A stretch of 64,000 bases of DNA, taken from Shimia sp. CNT1-13L.2. Its GTDB lineage: Bacteria > Pseudomonadota > Alphaproteobacteria > Rhodobacterales > Rhodobacteraceae. Every line of letters begins with the position of its first letter. Position 1 is the stretch's first letter. The notes beneath the pieces are model-generated. The model was given only the letters and a program-made list of their open reading frames with translations, made no database searches and was not told the DNA's origin. Of the stretch, positions 40,992 to 51,289 are shown piece after piece. Made by a program: the position numbers and the translations under genes. Where the stretch lies: positions 46,709 to 110,708 of the forward strand of contig NZ_JANDJO010000005.1 of assembly GCF_024331145.1 (NCBI RefSeq), read 5' to 3'.

Positions 40992-43406
40992 TTGGCTCAG
41001 GGCACCCTGCCCAGGCAATTTCACGACTGGTTTGCCAGCCGAGGCTGGCGGGCGCACCCGCACCAGCTCGACATGCTGGCGCGGGCCGATGATCCCTGCA
41101 CCCTGCTGATCGCCCCCACCGGTGGCGGCAAGACGATGGCGGGCTTTCTGCCCTCGCTTGTCGATCTGGCCGACAGCCCGCACCAGGGTCTGCACACCCT
41201 CTATATCTCGCCGCTCAAGGCACTGGCCGCCGACATCAAGCGCAACCTGCGCACCCCGGTCGAGGAGATGGGTCTCGACATCCGCATCGACGACCGCACG
41301 GGCGACACATCGAATACTCGGAAAAAGGCGCAACGCGCCGATCCGCCGCATATTCTGCTGACCACGCCGGAAAGCCTCGCACTGCTCACCTCTTACGAGG
41401 ATGCCGCCCGCACCTTCAAAGGGCTCAAGCGGGTCATCGTCGACGAAATTCATGCCCTTGCCGAAAGCAAGCGCGGCGACCAGCTGATGCTCGCGCTGGC
41501 TCGTCTGCAAAGCCTCTGTCCCGATCTGCGACGGGTGGGCCTTTCGGCCACCGTCGATGACCCCGAGGCCATCGCCCGCCTGCTCGCGCGCAATCCCGAT
41601 CCCTGCAACATCCTGATGGCTGATCCCGGCCCCGATCCCGACATTGCCATGCTTCAGACCGAAGAGCATCCGCCGTGGTCGGGTGGCGGCGCGGCCTATG
41701 CCATTCCGGCCGTGATGGAACAGATCAAACGGCACAAGACCACGCTGATCTTTCACAACACTCGCGCCCAGGCCGAGATCTTCTTTCACAACCTGTGGCT
41801 TGCCAACGAAGACGCGCTGCCGATCGGCATCCACCACGGCTCTCTTGATCGTCAACAACGCGAAAAGGTCGAGGCCGCGATGGTAAGGGGAGACCTGCGG
41901 GCCATTGTCTGCACCGGCTCTCTCGACCTTGGGATCGACTGGGGGGATGTCGACCTCGTGATACAGGTGGGTGCGCCGAAGAACGTCAAGCGTCTTGTCC
42001 AGCGGATCGGCCGCGCCAACCACCGATACAACGCTCCCTCCAAGGCGCTGCTTGTGCCTGCCAACCGCTTTGAGGTGATCGAATGCGTTGCCGCGTTACA
42101 GGCCGTGCGCGACCACGATCTTGATGGTGATCCCCGCGGCCCCGGCCCGCGCGATGTTCTGTGTCAGCACATCTTGCTGGCCGCCGCCTCCGGCCCTTTC
42201 GACGCCGACGACCTGTTCGATGAAATGACATCGGCAGGCGCCTATGCCGACCTGCCAAGATCCCAATTCGATGCCTGCCTCGATTTCTGCGCCACCGGGG
42301 GCTATGCGCTCAAAGCCTATGACCGGTGGCAACGCCTACTTCAGCGCCCCGATGGTCTCTGGCAGTTGCGCGATCCCCGCGCCGCGGCCCAGATCCGCAT
42401 GAACGCTGGCACCATTCAGGACAGCGACACTCTCAAGGTCCGTCTCAAGAGGTCACGGGGTGGCCGCCCCTTGGGCGAAGTCGAAGAAGGTTTTGCCGCC
42501 TCGCTCACCCCCGGCGATACCTTTCTCATCGGTGGCCAGATCGTGCGCTACGAGGGGCTGCGCGAAATGACGGTCGAGGTCTCGCGCAATGCCGCGAAGA
42601 AACCTAAGATCGCCACCTTCTCCGGCACCAAGTTCGCCACCTCGACGCAGCTCTCGCACCGTATCCTCAAGCTCTTCCGACAGGACGACTGGCCGGACCT
42701 GCCGCAACACACGGCCGACTGGCTGCACCTGCAACGCGCCATGTCGCAACTGCCCAGCCATGACAGGCTCCTTGTCGAGAGCTTTCCGCGTGACGGGCGC
42801 GAAAACCTCTGTGTCTACGGGTTTGCCGGTCGCAACGCACAGCAGACCCTTGGCCTCTTGCTTACCAAGCGCATGGAAGACCTTGGCCTCGCGCCGATGG
42901 GGTTTGTCTCGACCGACTATGCCACCCTGATCTGGGGGCTGGATGCCGTCACCGACCCGACGCCACTGTTTGACCCGCATGTCCTTCGCGAAGGTGTCGA
43001 TGGCTGGCTTGCCGGCAATGCCCTGATGAAACGCAGCTTCCGTTCGGCCGCCACCATCGCAGGCCTGATCGAACGCAACAGCCCGCAAGGGCGCAAGTCC
43101 GGGCGGCAGGCCACATTCTCCTCTGACATCCTCTATGACACGCTGCTGAAATACGATCCGGATCATCTGCTGATGCAGATCACCCGCGACGAAGCCATGC
43201 GCGGCCTTGTCGATTTCTCGCGGATCGAGGAAATGCTGGCCCGCATTGACGGGCGCATTGATCTGGTGCGCACGGATCACGTGACGCCCCTCTCTGCCCC
43301 GCTCTTCCTTGAGGTTGGCAAGGTCCGCGTTGACGGCGAGGCCGAGGAACGGCTGTTGGCCGAAGAAAGTGAACGGCTTCTTAACGATGCCGGATTGTCC
43401 GCCTGA
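40992..43406 (+). CDS. lhr: ligase-associated DNA damage response DEXH-box helicase (Lhr-core family)
   Basis: 804 aa; motif I APTGGGKT, motif II DEIHAL, plus C-terminal DEAD-associated domain. Confidence 0.9.
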   Translation: MAQGTLPRQFHDWFASRGWRAHPHQLDMLARADDPCTLLIAPTGGGKTMAGFLPSLVDLADSPHQGLHTLYISPLKALAADIKRNLRTPVEEMGLDIRIDDRTGDTSNTRKKAQRADPPHILLTTPESLALLTSYEDAARTFKGLKRVIVDEIHALAESKRGDQLMLALARLQSLCPDLRRVGLSATVDDPEAIARLLARNPDPCNILMADPGPDPDIAMLQTEEHPPWSGGGAAYAIPAVMEQIKRHKTTLIFHNTRAQAEIFFHNLWLANEDALPIGIHHGSLDRQQREKVEAAMVRGDLRAIVCTGSLDLGIDWGDVDLVIQVGAPKNVKRLVQRIGRANHRYNAPSKALLVPANRFEVIECVAALQAVRDHDLDGDPRGPGPRDVLCQHILLAAASGPFDADDLFDEMTSAGAYADLPRSQFDACLDFCATGGYALKAYDRWQRLLQRPDGLWQLRDPRAAAQIRMNAGTIQDSDTLKVRLKRSRGGRPLGEVEEGFAASLTPGDTFLIGGQIVRYEGLREMTVEVSRNAAKKPKIATFSGTKFATSTQLSHRILKLFRQDDWPDLPQHTADWLHLQRAMSQLPSHDRLLVESFPRDGRENLCVYGFAGRNAQQTLGLLLTKRMEDLGLAPMGFVSTDYATLIWGLDAVTDPTPLFDPHVLREGVDGWLAGNALMKRSFRSAATIAGLIERNSPQGRKSGRQATFSSDILYDTLLKYDPDHLLMQITRDEAMRGLVDFSRIEEMLARIDGRIDLVRTDHVTPLSAPLFLEVGKVRVDGEAEERLLAEESERLLNDAGLSA

Positions 43407-43417
43407 CGCACCCCCGT

Positions 43418-43461
43418 GATACAGTCGCAATACCGACGTAATACCGACGTTGATTTTCGCG
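43418..43461 (+). repeat. 11-bp-phased tandem direct repeat array, copy 2 (GATACAGTCGC / AATACCGACGT / AATACCGACGT + TGATTTTCGCG)
   Basis: Read directly; lies in the 100-bp gap between lhr stop and pdeM start. Confidence 0.5.
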
Positions 43462-43507
43462 GGTCTGGCCCCTTGCCCGATCCCCAGATTTGCGCCACCA
43501 ATATCCC

Positions 43508-44203
43508 ATGCAGACTGTTCCCTTCACCCTTGCCGGCACACGGCTGGATGCCCTCGGCTCCGGCGCGCTCTGGTGGGAGGAACGGCGCATTCTCTGCGTC
43601 TCGGATCTTCACCTGGGTAAGTCCGAAAGGGTGGCTCGCCGCAAGGGCACGACCCTGCCCCCCTATGACACCCGCGACACGCTTTTGCGGCTCGAGAACG
43701 ACCTGCGCCAGACCAACGCCTCAACCGTTGTCTGCCTCGGTGACAGCTTTGATGACCTCGAAGCCGCCGACGCCCTGTCCGACGCCGAAAGGCTGTGGAT
43801 TTCCCGTCTTCAGGCAGGGCGCCAGTGGATATGGATCGAAGGCAATCACGATCCCGGCCCCGTGGAATTCGGAGGCAGTCACCTCGCCGAATTCCCCCTA
43901 CCGCCGCTGACGTTCCGACACATCGCAAAACCCGGAAAAAGTGGCGAAATTTCAGGGCATTACCACCCCAAGGTGCGCATCCAGACCCGCCTGCGCAGCA
44001 TTTCTCGCCCGGCCTTCCTGTTTGATTCCGATCGTGTGATCCTGCCCGCCTATGGCACCTATACCGGCGGTCTTCGCTCAACCGACGAGGCGCTTGACGG
44101 TCTGATGCGCAACGAAGCACGCGCCATCGTCACCGGACAGGTGCCGCGCCTCGTGCCAATGCCCCGTCAGATCAAGCCCGCGTCTTCCAGTTCAGGACGG
44201 TAG
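43508..44203 (+). CDS. pdeM: ligase-associated DNA damage response metallophosphoesterase PdeM
   Basis: About 231 aa from MQTVPFTLAG; calcineurin-like motifs LCVSDLHLGK, GDSFDD, EGNHD. Confidence 0.8.
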   Translation: MQTVPFTLAGTRLDALGSGALWWEERRILCVSDLHLGKSERVARRKGTTLPPYDTRDTLLRLENDLRQTNASTVVCLGDSFDDLEAADALSDAERLWISRLQAGRQWIWIEGNHDPGPVEFGGSHLAEFPLPPLTFRHIAKPGKSGEISGHYHPKVRIQTRLRSISRPAFLFDSDRVILPAYGTYTGGLRSTDEALDGLMRNEARAIVTGQVPRLVPMPRQIKPASSSSGR

Positions 44204-44964
44204 TTGCGGCTCACCGGCACCTTGCGGCCATCGGGCAACCGCAGGTACACCCGCGCCTGATCCCGCTCCACGCCCTGCACCGCATGATGCGCCACCCAAT
44301 GCGACCGGTGCACCCGATAGCCCGGCACCCCGTCCATCTCGTCCAGCGCATCGCGAAACCGCATCCTGAGCGAGGTCTGACCGGCTTCGGTGAACACATC
44401 CACCATGTGATCGCGCACCGACAAATACAGGATGTCTTCCCCCATCTCATCCGGCAACCGCCGCGCCAACCGCGGCTGCTCCCGCAGTGTCAGGGCTTCG
44501 TCACGCTCTTCGGCGATCGAGGTTTCCCGGGCAAGGAACGTGAGCAGCAAATACCGCAAAGCGCCGATAACGGCGGTCACAACAAAGACATAGCCAAAGA
44601 GTTCCCAGAACCCGATCATCGATTGCGAGCCCCAAGGCTTAGTCACTGAAATCGCCCACACATCCACAGTGATGAAGAATGACGCGATGAGCGAGCCGAC
44701 AGCCGCATGAGGTGCATCATCCTTGTTGAAACCAATCGCGCGTGCCAGGGCAAATCCGAGATAGCCGAACAGTACCGAAGAGGTGGAGATCAGGCTCCAA
44801 TAGAAAATCCGCGTCGGCAAATCCATTGCCGAAAATGTCCCGAAAGGCCCGGCCACTGCCGCGACCGTGGTCCCCAAGAATACCAAGGCCAGAACACGCG
44901 GGGTCCCGAGTGTGTCAAAGGTATTCAGAAATACTGCAAGTCTATTTTCGTTTTCTTTCGTCAT
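44167..44964 (-). CDS. membrane-anchored LytTR-family DNA-binding regulator
   Basis: About 265 aa from MTKENEN; 4 N-terminal TM helices plus C-terminal LytTR domain; 3' end overlaps pdeM 3' end by 37 bp (convergent). Confidence 0.7.
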   Translation of the reverse strand: MTKENENRLAVFLNTFDTLGTPRVLALVFLGTTVAAVAGPFGTFSAMDLPTRIFYWSLISTSSVLFGYLGFALARAIGFNKDDAPHAAVGSLIASFFITVDVWAISVTKPWGSQSMIGFWELFGYVFVVTAVIGALRYLLLTFLARETSIAEERDEALTLREQPRLARRLPDEMGEDILYLSVRDHMVDVFTEAGQTSLRMRFRDALDEMDGVPGYRVHRSHWVAHHAVQGVERDQARVYLRLPDGRKVPVSRNYRPELEDAGLI

Positions 44965-45063
44965 GCCCAAAATTCGTGACGTTGCGACCAGCTTGACCTG
45001 TTCGCGGTTTCCACCCGATCTTGAAAATGCGCTTATCCCACAAAACAAATAAGGGGAATTTCC

Positions 45064-45492
45064 GTGGCCTTGTCACCCGAAATCGTCAAGAAAATCAATC
45101 AGAGTTTTGCGGATCAGTCTTTGATGGGCTCGATCGGGGCGTCTATCGCATCACTCGATTACGGTGTGGCGACCCTGACAAGCCCGATACGGGACGGTTT
45201 CAAACAACAGCAGGGCTTTGGCCATGCCGCGCTGACGTTCGCCCTGGGGGATACGGCGGCGGGCTACGCGGCACTGTCTGTGATGCCCGAGAATTGTGAA
45301 GTCCTGACCACCGAAATGAAGATCAACCTCCTTGCCCCGTCAATGGGTGTGCAACTTCGCGCTGAGGGTCGGGTCATCAAGCCGGGGCGCCGTTTGGTCA
45401 TTGTGCAGGCCGATGTCTACGCTGATCAGGAAGACGGCAGCGCCCGCCACATCGCCCTTCTGACCGGCAGCATGATTCCGGTCGAGGTTTGA
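45064..45492 (+). CDS. PaaI/4HBT-family hot-dog thioesterase
   Basis: 142 aa; hot-dog fold with QQQGFGHAALTFALGDTAAGYAA motif. Confidence 0.8.
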   Translation: MALSPEIVKKINQSFADQSLMGSIGASIASLDYGVATLTSPIRDGFKQQQGFGHAALTFALGDTAAGYAALSVMPENCEVLTTEMKINLLAPSMGVQLRAEGRVIKPGRRLVIVQADVYADQEDGSARHIALLTGSMIPVEV

Positions 45493-45547
45493 ACGAAAAA
45501 GGGCGGCCCGACTAGACCGCCCTTATAAACCTTGAAACTAACGGCGC

Positions 45548-46438
45548 TTACGCGGTCAGACCTTCCGGCTCGGCCAGACCGTTTGCACGGCAGCAGGCGG
45601 TTACGGTGTTGGCCAGCAGGCAGGCAATGGTCATCGGCCCCACGCCACCCGGAACCGGGGTGATCGCACCGGCACGCTCAGCGGCCGAAGCAAAGTCCAC
45701 GTCGCCAACCAGCTTGTTCTTGCCATCGCGTTCGATGCGGTTGATGCCCACGTCGATCACGGTTGCGCCTTCCTTGATCCAGTCGCCAGGCACCATCTCG
45801 GGGCGGCCTACTGCGGCGACGACGATGTCGGCCCGGCGCACAACGTCCGGCAGGTCCTTGGTGCGCGAGTGCGCGATTGTCACGGTGCAGCTATCGCCCA
45901 GCAGCAGCTGCGCCATCGGCTTGCCAACAATGTTCGAACGGCCAATCACAACGGCGTCCATACCCGAAAGCGAACCGTGGTAGTCGCGCAGCATCATCAG
46001 GCAACCCAGCGGAGTGCAGGGCACCATCGACTTCTGACCGGTGCCCAGAAGGCCAACGTTGGAGATGTGGAAACCGTCAACGTCTTTTTCCGGCGCGATC
46101 GAGTTGATGATCAGGTCTTCGTTCAGGTGGCCGGGCAACGGCAGCTGAACCAGGATACCGTGAACAGACGGATCGTTGTTGAGCTTCTCGACGACAGCCA
46201 GCAGATCCTCTTCCGACGTGTCCGCATCCATCTTGTGCTCGAACGAGTTCATACCCGCTTCGACGGTTTGCTTGCCTTTCGAACGAACGTAGACTTCGCT
46301 GGCCGGGTCTTCACCCACCAGAACCACCGCCAGACCGGGGGTGATGCCGTGCTCTTCCTTGAGACGTGCTACATGGCCCGCGACCTTCTCGCGAACCGTT
46401 GCCGCAAAGGCTTTACCGTCGATGATGTTAGCTGCCAT
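45548..46438 (-). CDS. folD: bifunctional methylene-THF dehydrogenase/methenyl-THF cyclohydrolase
   Basis: 296 aa from [19 protein letters not shown]; [26 protein letters not shown] motifs. Confidence 0.95.
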   Translation of the reverse strand: MAANIIDGKAFAATVREKVAGHVARLKEEHGITPGLAVVLVGEDPASEVYVRSKGKQTVEAGMNSFEHKMDADTSEEDLLAVVEKLNNDPSVHGILVQLPLPGHLNEDLIINSIAPEKDVDGFHISNVGLLGTGQKSMVPCTPLGCLMMLRDYHGSLSGMDAVVIGRSNIVGKPMAQLLLGDSCTVTIAHSRTKDLPDVVRRADIVVAAVGRPEMVPGDWIKEGATVIDVGINRIERDGKNKLVGDVDFASAAERAGAITPVPGGVGPMTIACLLANTVTACCRANGLAEPEGLTA

Positions 46439-46483
46439 AGCTCTTGCTTCCTTTTCCACTGACAAGGGCAAGCAGCCCCTGCA

Positions 46484-46789
46484 TCACTCGGCGACGATCA
46501 CTTGCGCTTCTCGCGCAATCGACCAGTCAATCAATTCCCGCCAGAGAGTCTCGATCAGCTTGGGGTCCAGCCCCTGGCCCTCGGCCTCCTGGCAAACCTT
46601 GCTGACCACCTCTTCCACCCGATCGGGGATGCGCGCCGGCCAGCCATTCTCTTGCTTGAGCTCGATCGCGCGGTCGATATAGGTCGCACGTGTCGCCAGA
46701 AGTGCAACAAGACGCCGGTCAAGGGCGTCTATCTCGGCACGAAGCGCCGTCATATCCTGACAATCACGTGGCGGGGTCAATTCGGTCAT
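46484..46789 (-). CDS. chorismate mutase (AroQ class)
   Basis: 101 aa; LRAEIDALDRRLVALLATR AroQ helix-bundle signature. Confidence 0.8.
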   Translation of the reverse strand: MTELTPPRDCQDMTALRAEIDALDRRLVALLATRATYIDRAIELKQENGWPARIPDRVEEVVSKVCQEAEGQGLDPKLIETLWRELIDWSIAREAQVIVAE

Positions 46790-46844
46790 CTTTGTCTCCT
46801 GCGGCCCGAAGGCTCTCCGGGCCGCAGAAAGCGCATTTTGCGTC

Positions 46845-48521
46845 TTAGAACAAGCCTTCGATCTGGCCTTCTTCGTTCAGACGGATCGATTCTGCTGCAG
46901 GTTTGCGCGGCAGACCCGGCATGGTCATGATTTCACCGCAAACAACAACGATGAAACCGGCACCAGCCGACAGACGGACTTCACGAACCGGAACCGAGTG
47001 GCCAACCGGCGCGCCGCGCAGGTTCGGGTCGGTCGAGAACGAATACTGGGTTTTCGCCATGCAGACCGGCAGGTTGCCGTAGCCGGCTTCTTCCCACTCG
47101 CGCAGCTGGTTGCGGATTTTCATGTCAGCGAGAACTTCGTCGGCACGGTAAATGCGCTTGGCGATGGTTTCGATCTTCTCGAACAGCGGCATTTCGTCGG
47201 GGTAGATCGGTGCAAAGTTGGCGGTGTCGGCGTCAGCGATTTCCGCAACGCGCTTGGCCAGTTCTTCCGAACCTTCCGAACCCAGTTCCCAGTGACGCGA
47301 CAGGATGGCTTCCGAACCATGTGCTTCCACATAGTCTTTCACGGCCTGAACTTCCTCGTCGGTGTCGGTGACGAAGTGGTTGATCGCGACAACAACCGGA
47401 ACACCGAAGGATTTGACGTTCTCGATGTGGCGGCCAAGGTTTGCGCAACCTTCCTGAACCGCTGCAACGTTTTCCGCACCGAGATCGGCTTTGGCAACGC
47501 CACCGTTCATCTTCATCGCACGGACAGTGGCCACAACAACCACGACCGACGGTGCGATGCCTGCCTTGCGGCACTTGATGTTCATGAACTTCTCGGCACC
47601 AAGGTCGGCACCAAAGCCCGCTTCGGTCACAACGTAGTCGGCAACTTTCAGAGCAGTCTGGGTTGCGATGACCGAGTTACAGCCGTGCGCGATGTTCGCG
47701 AACGGACCGCCGTGTACGAAGGCCGGGTTGTTTTCCAGGGTTTGCACCAGGTTCGGCTGCATCGCGTCTTTGAGAAGAACGGTCATTGCGCCTTCTGCCT
47801 TGATGTCGCGGCAGTAAACCGGGGTCTTGTCGCGGCGGTAGGCCACGATGATGTCGCCCAGACGCTTCTCGAGGTCGGCCAGGTCGGTGGCCAGGCAGAG
47901 GATCGCCATGACTTCCGAAGCCACGGTGATGTCAAAGCCGGTTTCGCGCGGGAAGCCGTTCGAAACACCGCCCAGCGAGGCGGTGATCTGACGCAGGGCG
48001 CGGTCGTTCATGTCAACCACACGACGCCATGCAACGCGACGCACGTCGATCTCGCACTCGTTGCCCCAGTAGATGTGGTTGTCGATCATCGCCGACAGCA
48101 GCGAGTGCGCAGAGGTGATGGCGTGGAAGTCGCCGGTGAAGTGCAAGTTCATCTCTTCCATCGGAACAACCTGCGCGTAACCGCCACCTGCAGCGCCACC
48201 CTTCATACCGAAGTTCGGGCCGAGCGAGGCTTCACGGATACAGATCATCGCGTTCTTGCCGATGCGGTTCAGGCCGTCACCCAGGCCAACGGTGGTGGTG
48301 GTTTTACCTTCACCTGCCGGGGTCGGGTTGATCGCGGTCACGAGGATCAGCTTGCCGTCCTCTTTGCCCTGAACCGAGTTGATGAACTCCTGGCTCACCT
48401 TGGCCTTGTCGTGGCCATAGGGCAGCAGATCAGCGGATTCGATGCCGATTTTGGCTCCGATTTCCTGGATCGGTTTCTTGTTCGCCTCACGGGCGATTTC
48501 GATGTCGGTTTTGTAGCTCAT
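46845..48521 (-). CDS. fhs: formate--tetrahydrofolate ligase
   Basis: 558 aa from [12 protein letters not shown]; [13 protein letters not shown]-loop; FTHS family throughout. Confidence 0.95.
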   Translation of the reverse strand: MSYKTDIEIAREANKKPIQEIGAKIGIESADLLPYGHDKAKVSQEFINSVQGKEDGKLILVTAINPTPAGEGKTTTTVGLGDGLNRIGKNAMICIREASLGPNFGMKGGAAGGGYAQVVPMEEMNLHFTGDFHAITSAHSLLSAMIDNHIYWGNECEIDVRRVAWRRVVDMNDRALRQITASLGGVSNGFPRETGFDITVASEVMAILCLATDLADLEKRLGDIIVAYRRDKTPVYCRDIKAEGAMTVLLKDAMQPNLVQTLENNPAFVHGGPFANIAHGCNSVIATQTALKVADYVVTEAGFGADLGAEKFMNIKCRKAGIAPSVVVVVATVRAMKMNGGVAKADLGAENVAAVQEGCANLGRHIENVKSFGVPVVVAINHFVTDTDEEVQAVKDYVEAHGSEAILSRHWELGSEGSEELAKRVAEIADADTANFAPIYPDEMPLFEKIETIAKRIYRADEVLADMKIRNQLREWEEAGYGNLPVCMAKTQYSFSTDPNLRGAPVGHSVPVREVRLSAGAGFIVVVCGEIMTMPGLPRKPAAESIRLNEEGQIEGLF

Positions 48522-48792
48522 GGCAATCCCTGTCCCAGCAGCTGTCGAAATTTCAGTCTGCCATTGCATACCGCCTCGCCTTCCCGACTCAGGTTGCAAT
48601 TCCGACATTTCCAATACTCCTTGCGTCGAAGGAGCTCTGTCACGTCGCTTTTTGGAAACTTTGGAACAAGTGAGAAACGGATCGCAACAGACACGATAGA
48701 AGCGTACGAGGTATGGTTTTTCTCTATTGAGAGTCAGCTATGAACCGATAGAACCGGGGCAAGGATTTTGAATCTCATTTCGGAAAATCGCC

Positions 48793-49764
48793 ATGACCAC
48801 ATATACATTTAGCGGAACAAAACTCACGTTCATTGATCGGGATCGGAACGGCACATTTGATGATGTATCGTTTTCGCAAACAGAATTCAGCATCACGACC
48901 CCAAGGGACGATGCGACCATTTCCTACAGTTTGGTATTAAACGCGCTCGCAAATATCTCCGGTGATTTTTACCACATGTACATGGGCAACTCGTCTAAAA
49001 TTGATTCGAACTCTATCACCGAGTTGAGCGAATACACGTGGGGCGGGTTCCGCAAGACAGTTGTCCTGAGCGTAATTGACGACAATGACGCGGGCTTTTT
49101 CTCGCTCGAAGGCGCCGATCTCCCGAGATTCACGAGTGTCGCGGGATACCAAAACTGGATAAACAGTGCGACAGCTCAGCTTCTTACGGGTGATCTTGCC
49201 CCGGGGAAAACCATCAATCTCGCCGATTTCGACGGCGTTTCGATCTCCCAACACGATTACATCCGCGGCGCAACAGGACATACAACCCTGAACGGCGGGA
49301 TCGGCAATGATACCATCGTCGGAAACTCCACAAGTGACCGCCTTATGGGGGGTAAGGGTGCTGATGAGTTGAATGGCGGATTTGGCAACGACACAATAAA
49401 AGGAGACAAGGGGTATGATCTTCTCGAGGGCTCGTTTGGAAACGACAAGCTTCTGGGCGGTAAAGGCAGAGATACGCTGGATGGCGGACGCGGAAACGAC
49501 ACCCTGAACGGCAATCTGGGCGCTGATACTTTCTCCTTCCGAGAGAGCGACGGAGTGGATACGATCTTTGGCTTTCAGGATGACATCGATACCATCCGGC
49601 TTACCAGCGGTCTCACCGGCGGCGTTACGAATGCCCAAGACATTCTCGACACCTTCGGTCAGGACATGGGTAAATACGTCAGGCTCAATTTCGGCAGTGA
49701 CGAGATCACCATCCGCGGAATCGATGATCTGTCTCTTCTGGTCGACGATCTCGTGGTTGTCTGA
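48793..49764 (+). CDS. RTX-type calcium-binding repeat protein (putative T1SS substrate), orphan
   Basis: 323 aa; no signal peptide; unknown N-terminal 165 aa then about 10 nonapeptide GGxGxDxUx repeats (GGIGNDTIVG, GGKGADELNG, GGFGNDTIKG, GGKGRDTLDG, GGRGNDTLNG); lower GC than neighbours. Confidence 0.75.
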   Translation: MTTYTFSGTKLTFIDRDRNGTFDDVSFSQTEFSITTPRDDATISYSLVLNALANISGDFYHMYMGNSSKIDSNSITELSEYTWGGFRKTVVLSVIDDNDAGFFSLEGADLPRFTSVAGYQNWINSATAQLLTGDLAPGKTINLADFDGVSISQHDYIRGATGHTTLNGGIGNDTIVGNSTSDRLMGGKGADELNGGFGNDTIKGDKGYDLLEGSFGNDKLLGGKGRDTLDGGRGNDTLNGNLGADTFSFRESDGVDTIFGFQDDIDTIRLTSGLTGGVTNAQDILDTFGQDMGKYVRLNFGSDEITIRGIDDLSLLVDDLVVV

Positions 49765-49792
49765 TGTCACACAGACAATTTGAAACAAGCAG

Positions 49793-49823
49793 GAGCCGCC
49801 CAAAGGCGGCTCTTTCTCTTTGG
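49793..49823. terminator. bidirectional rho-independent terminator between RTX gene and MOSC gene
   Basis: GAGCCGCC-CAAA-GGCGGCTC with TTTCTCTTTGG on plus strand and CTTGTTTCAAATTG on minus strand. Confidence 0.65.
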
Positions 49824-49837
49824 CTCAACCTTCAGAA

Positions 49838-50422
49838 TTAACCTGCTTCGGCCCAGGCCCTCTGATCCGGGATATGCAGGCGAAGGATGTCACCCACCTT
49901 GACGGCACCTTCGCGTTCAACCCATGCCGTCACACCGCGCTTGCCTTCTGATGCGGTTTTGAAGGCCTTGCCTTTGCCCGGTTCTTCCTTTTCGATCACT
50001 CGCCCCGGCAGAACGCAGGGGCGGTTTACCATATCCACCACCAGCGTCGCCCCGCTATCTGCCTGAAGGCGCGAAGACGGCGGAACATGCGTGAAATCCG
50101 GAATCCCCTTCAGGATCATCGTGGCGCCAACCCAGGCCGGATCAAATTCCTCGATGCCCATGGCATCGGAAATCTCTTCCAGCTCTTCGGCCGACAGGAT
50201 CGAAAGCTGGCGCACGTTGGCAATCTCGGTTCCGCGCGGATGCTGCGCCTTGACCCGGCTACAGGAGGGGCGTGTCAAACCCGCATGGCAGTCGCCTTCG
50301 ACACCCTCGTAGCTCAGGACCATGCTGTCCATTGGCTCGGCACGCAGATCCTCGACACTATCGGCCACGCGGCCCAGCCAAAGCACTTCGGCAAAATAGT
50401 CGGTCGGTTTCAAAGCTGGCAT
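49838..50422 (-). CDS. MOSC-domain protein (YiiM-like)
   Basis: 194 aa; EGVEGDCHAG MOSC beta-barrel motif. Confidence 0.8.
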   Translation of the reverse strand: MPALKPTDYFAEVLWLGRVADSVEDLRAEPMDSMVLSYEGVEGDCHAGLTRPSCSRVKAQHPRGTEIANVRQLSILSAEELEEISDAMGIEEFDPAWVGATMILKGIPDFTHVPPSSRLQADSGATLVVDMVNRPCVLPGRVIEKEEPGKGKAFKTASEGKRGVTAWVEREGAVKVGDILRLHIPDQRAWAEAG

Positions 50423-50445
50423 CGTATCCCGTCTCCTTGGGCGCT

Positions 50446-51204
50446 CTATCGGCGCAAGGTGAAAAACAGCCGCCGGAACGGGAACAAAACCGATCCATCC
50501 GCCCGCAGCGGGTATGCTTCGGCCATAGCGGCTTCATAGGCTGCGATCAACCGCGCTTTGTCCTCATGCGCCAATGGGTCCAGATAAGGTTTGCCAAAGG
50601 TGCTTTGCGTGAACATCCGAACCGGGTGCCCCATGACGCTTGCGGCCAGGTGCTGCGTGTATTCCACCATCCACACATTGATGTCGCCCAACGGAGAAAG
50701 GAGGTCAAAGTACCTCTCTGGGGCAAGTACGTTCAACCTGCTCTCTGTACGTTCCGCGCCAAAAACCGATCGCTCGGCTTGTGACCATCCCCGATGTGAC
50801 GGTGCGCCATGCTGAAACGGCATCTGTACCGCCAACGTGCCACCCTCTGCCAACATGCCGGCCAATCCCGGCATAAGTTCCATGTGGTTGCAGACCCACT
50901 GCAACGCCGCATTGGAAAAGATCAAAGCGGGATCTCTGGCCAGCCAGTTTTCGATGTCGGCCAATTGCAGTTGATCAAATGCCTTGCCCTCTGCTTTGGC
51001 CAGCATGGCAGGAGAACTGTCTACACCGACAAGATCATGCGCGTGGAACCTGTGCTTCAAAGCCGAAGCCATGACACCGCTGCCGCATCCAAGGTCAACC
51101 ACGGAACCCGCGGGCAATGCTCCGACACGCGCCAGCAAATCCAACGCCGGTTGCAGCCGCACATCCGCGAACTGCCCATAGTCTTCCGGGTTCCAATCCG
51201 TCAT
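50446..51204 (-). CDS. tam: trans-aconitate 2-methyltransferase
   Basis: 252 aa; MTDWNPEDY...VVDLGCGSG SAM-MTase motif I; overall Tam-like. Confidence 0.8.
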   Translation of the reverse strand: MTDWNPEDYGQFADVRLQPALDLLARVGALPAGSVVDLGCGSGVMASALKHRFHAHDLVGVDSSPAMLAKAEGKAFDQLQLADIENWLARDPALIFSNAALQWVCNHMELMPGLAGMLAEGGTLAVQMPFQHGAPSHRGWSQAERSVFGAERTESRLNVLAPERYFDLLSPLGDINVWMVEYTQHLAASVMGHPVRMFTQSTFGKPYLDPLAHEDKARLIAAYEAAMAEAYPLRADGSVLFPFRRLFFTLRR

Positions 51205-51251
51205 TCTCCCACCTCAAGCTTTGCATACCATTGCATACCAAACTTCGAGGC

Positions 51252-51280
51252 AAGAAAAAAGGCCGGGTCAGTCCCCGGCC
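51252..51280 (-). terminator. rho-independent terminator after ftsH
   Basis: Reverse strand GGCCGGGGACUGACCCGGCC followed by UUUUUUCUU. Confidence 0.65.
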
Positions 51281-51289
51281 TTCTGTCTC

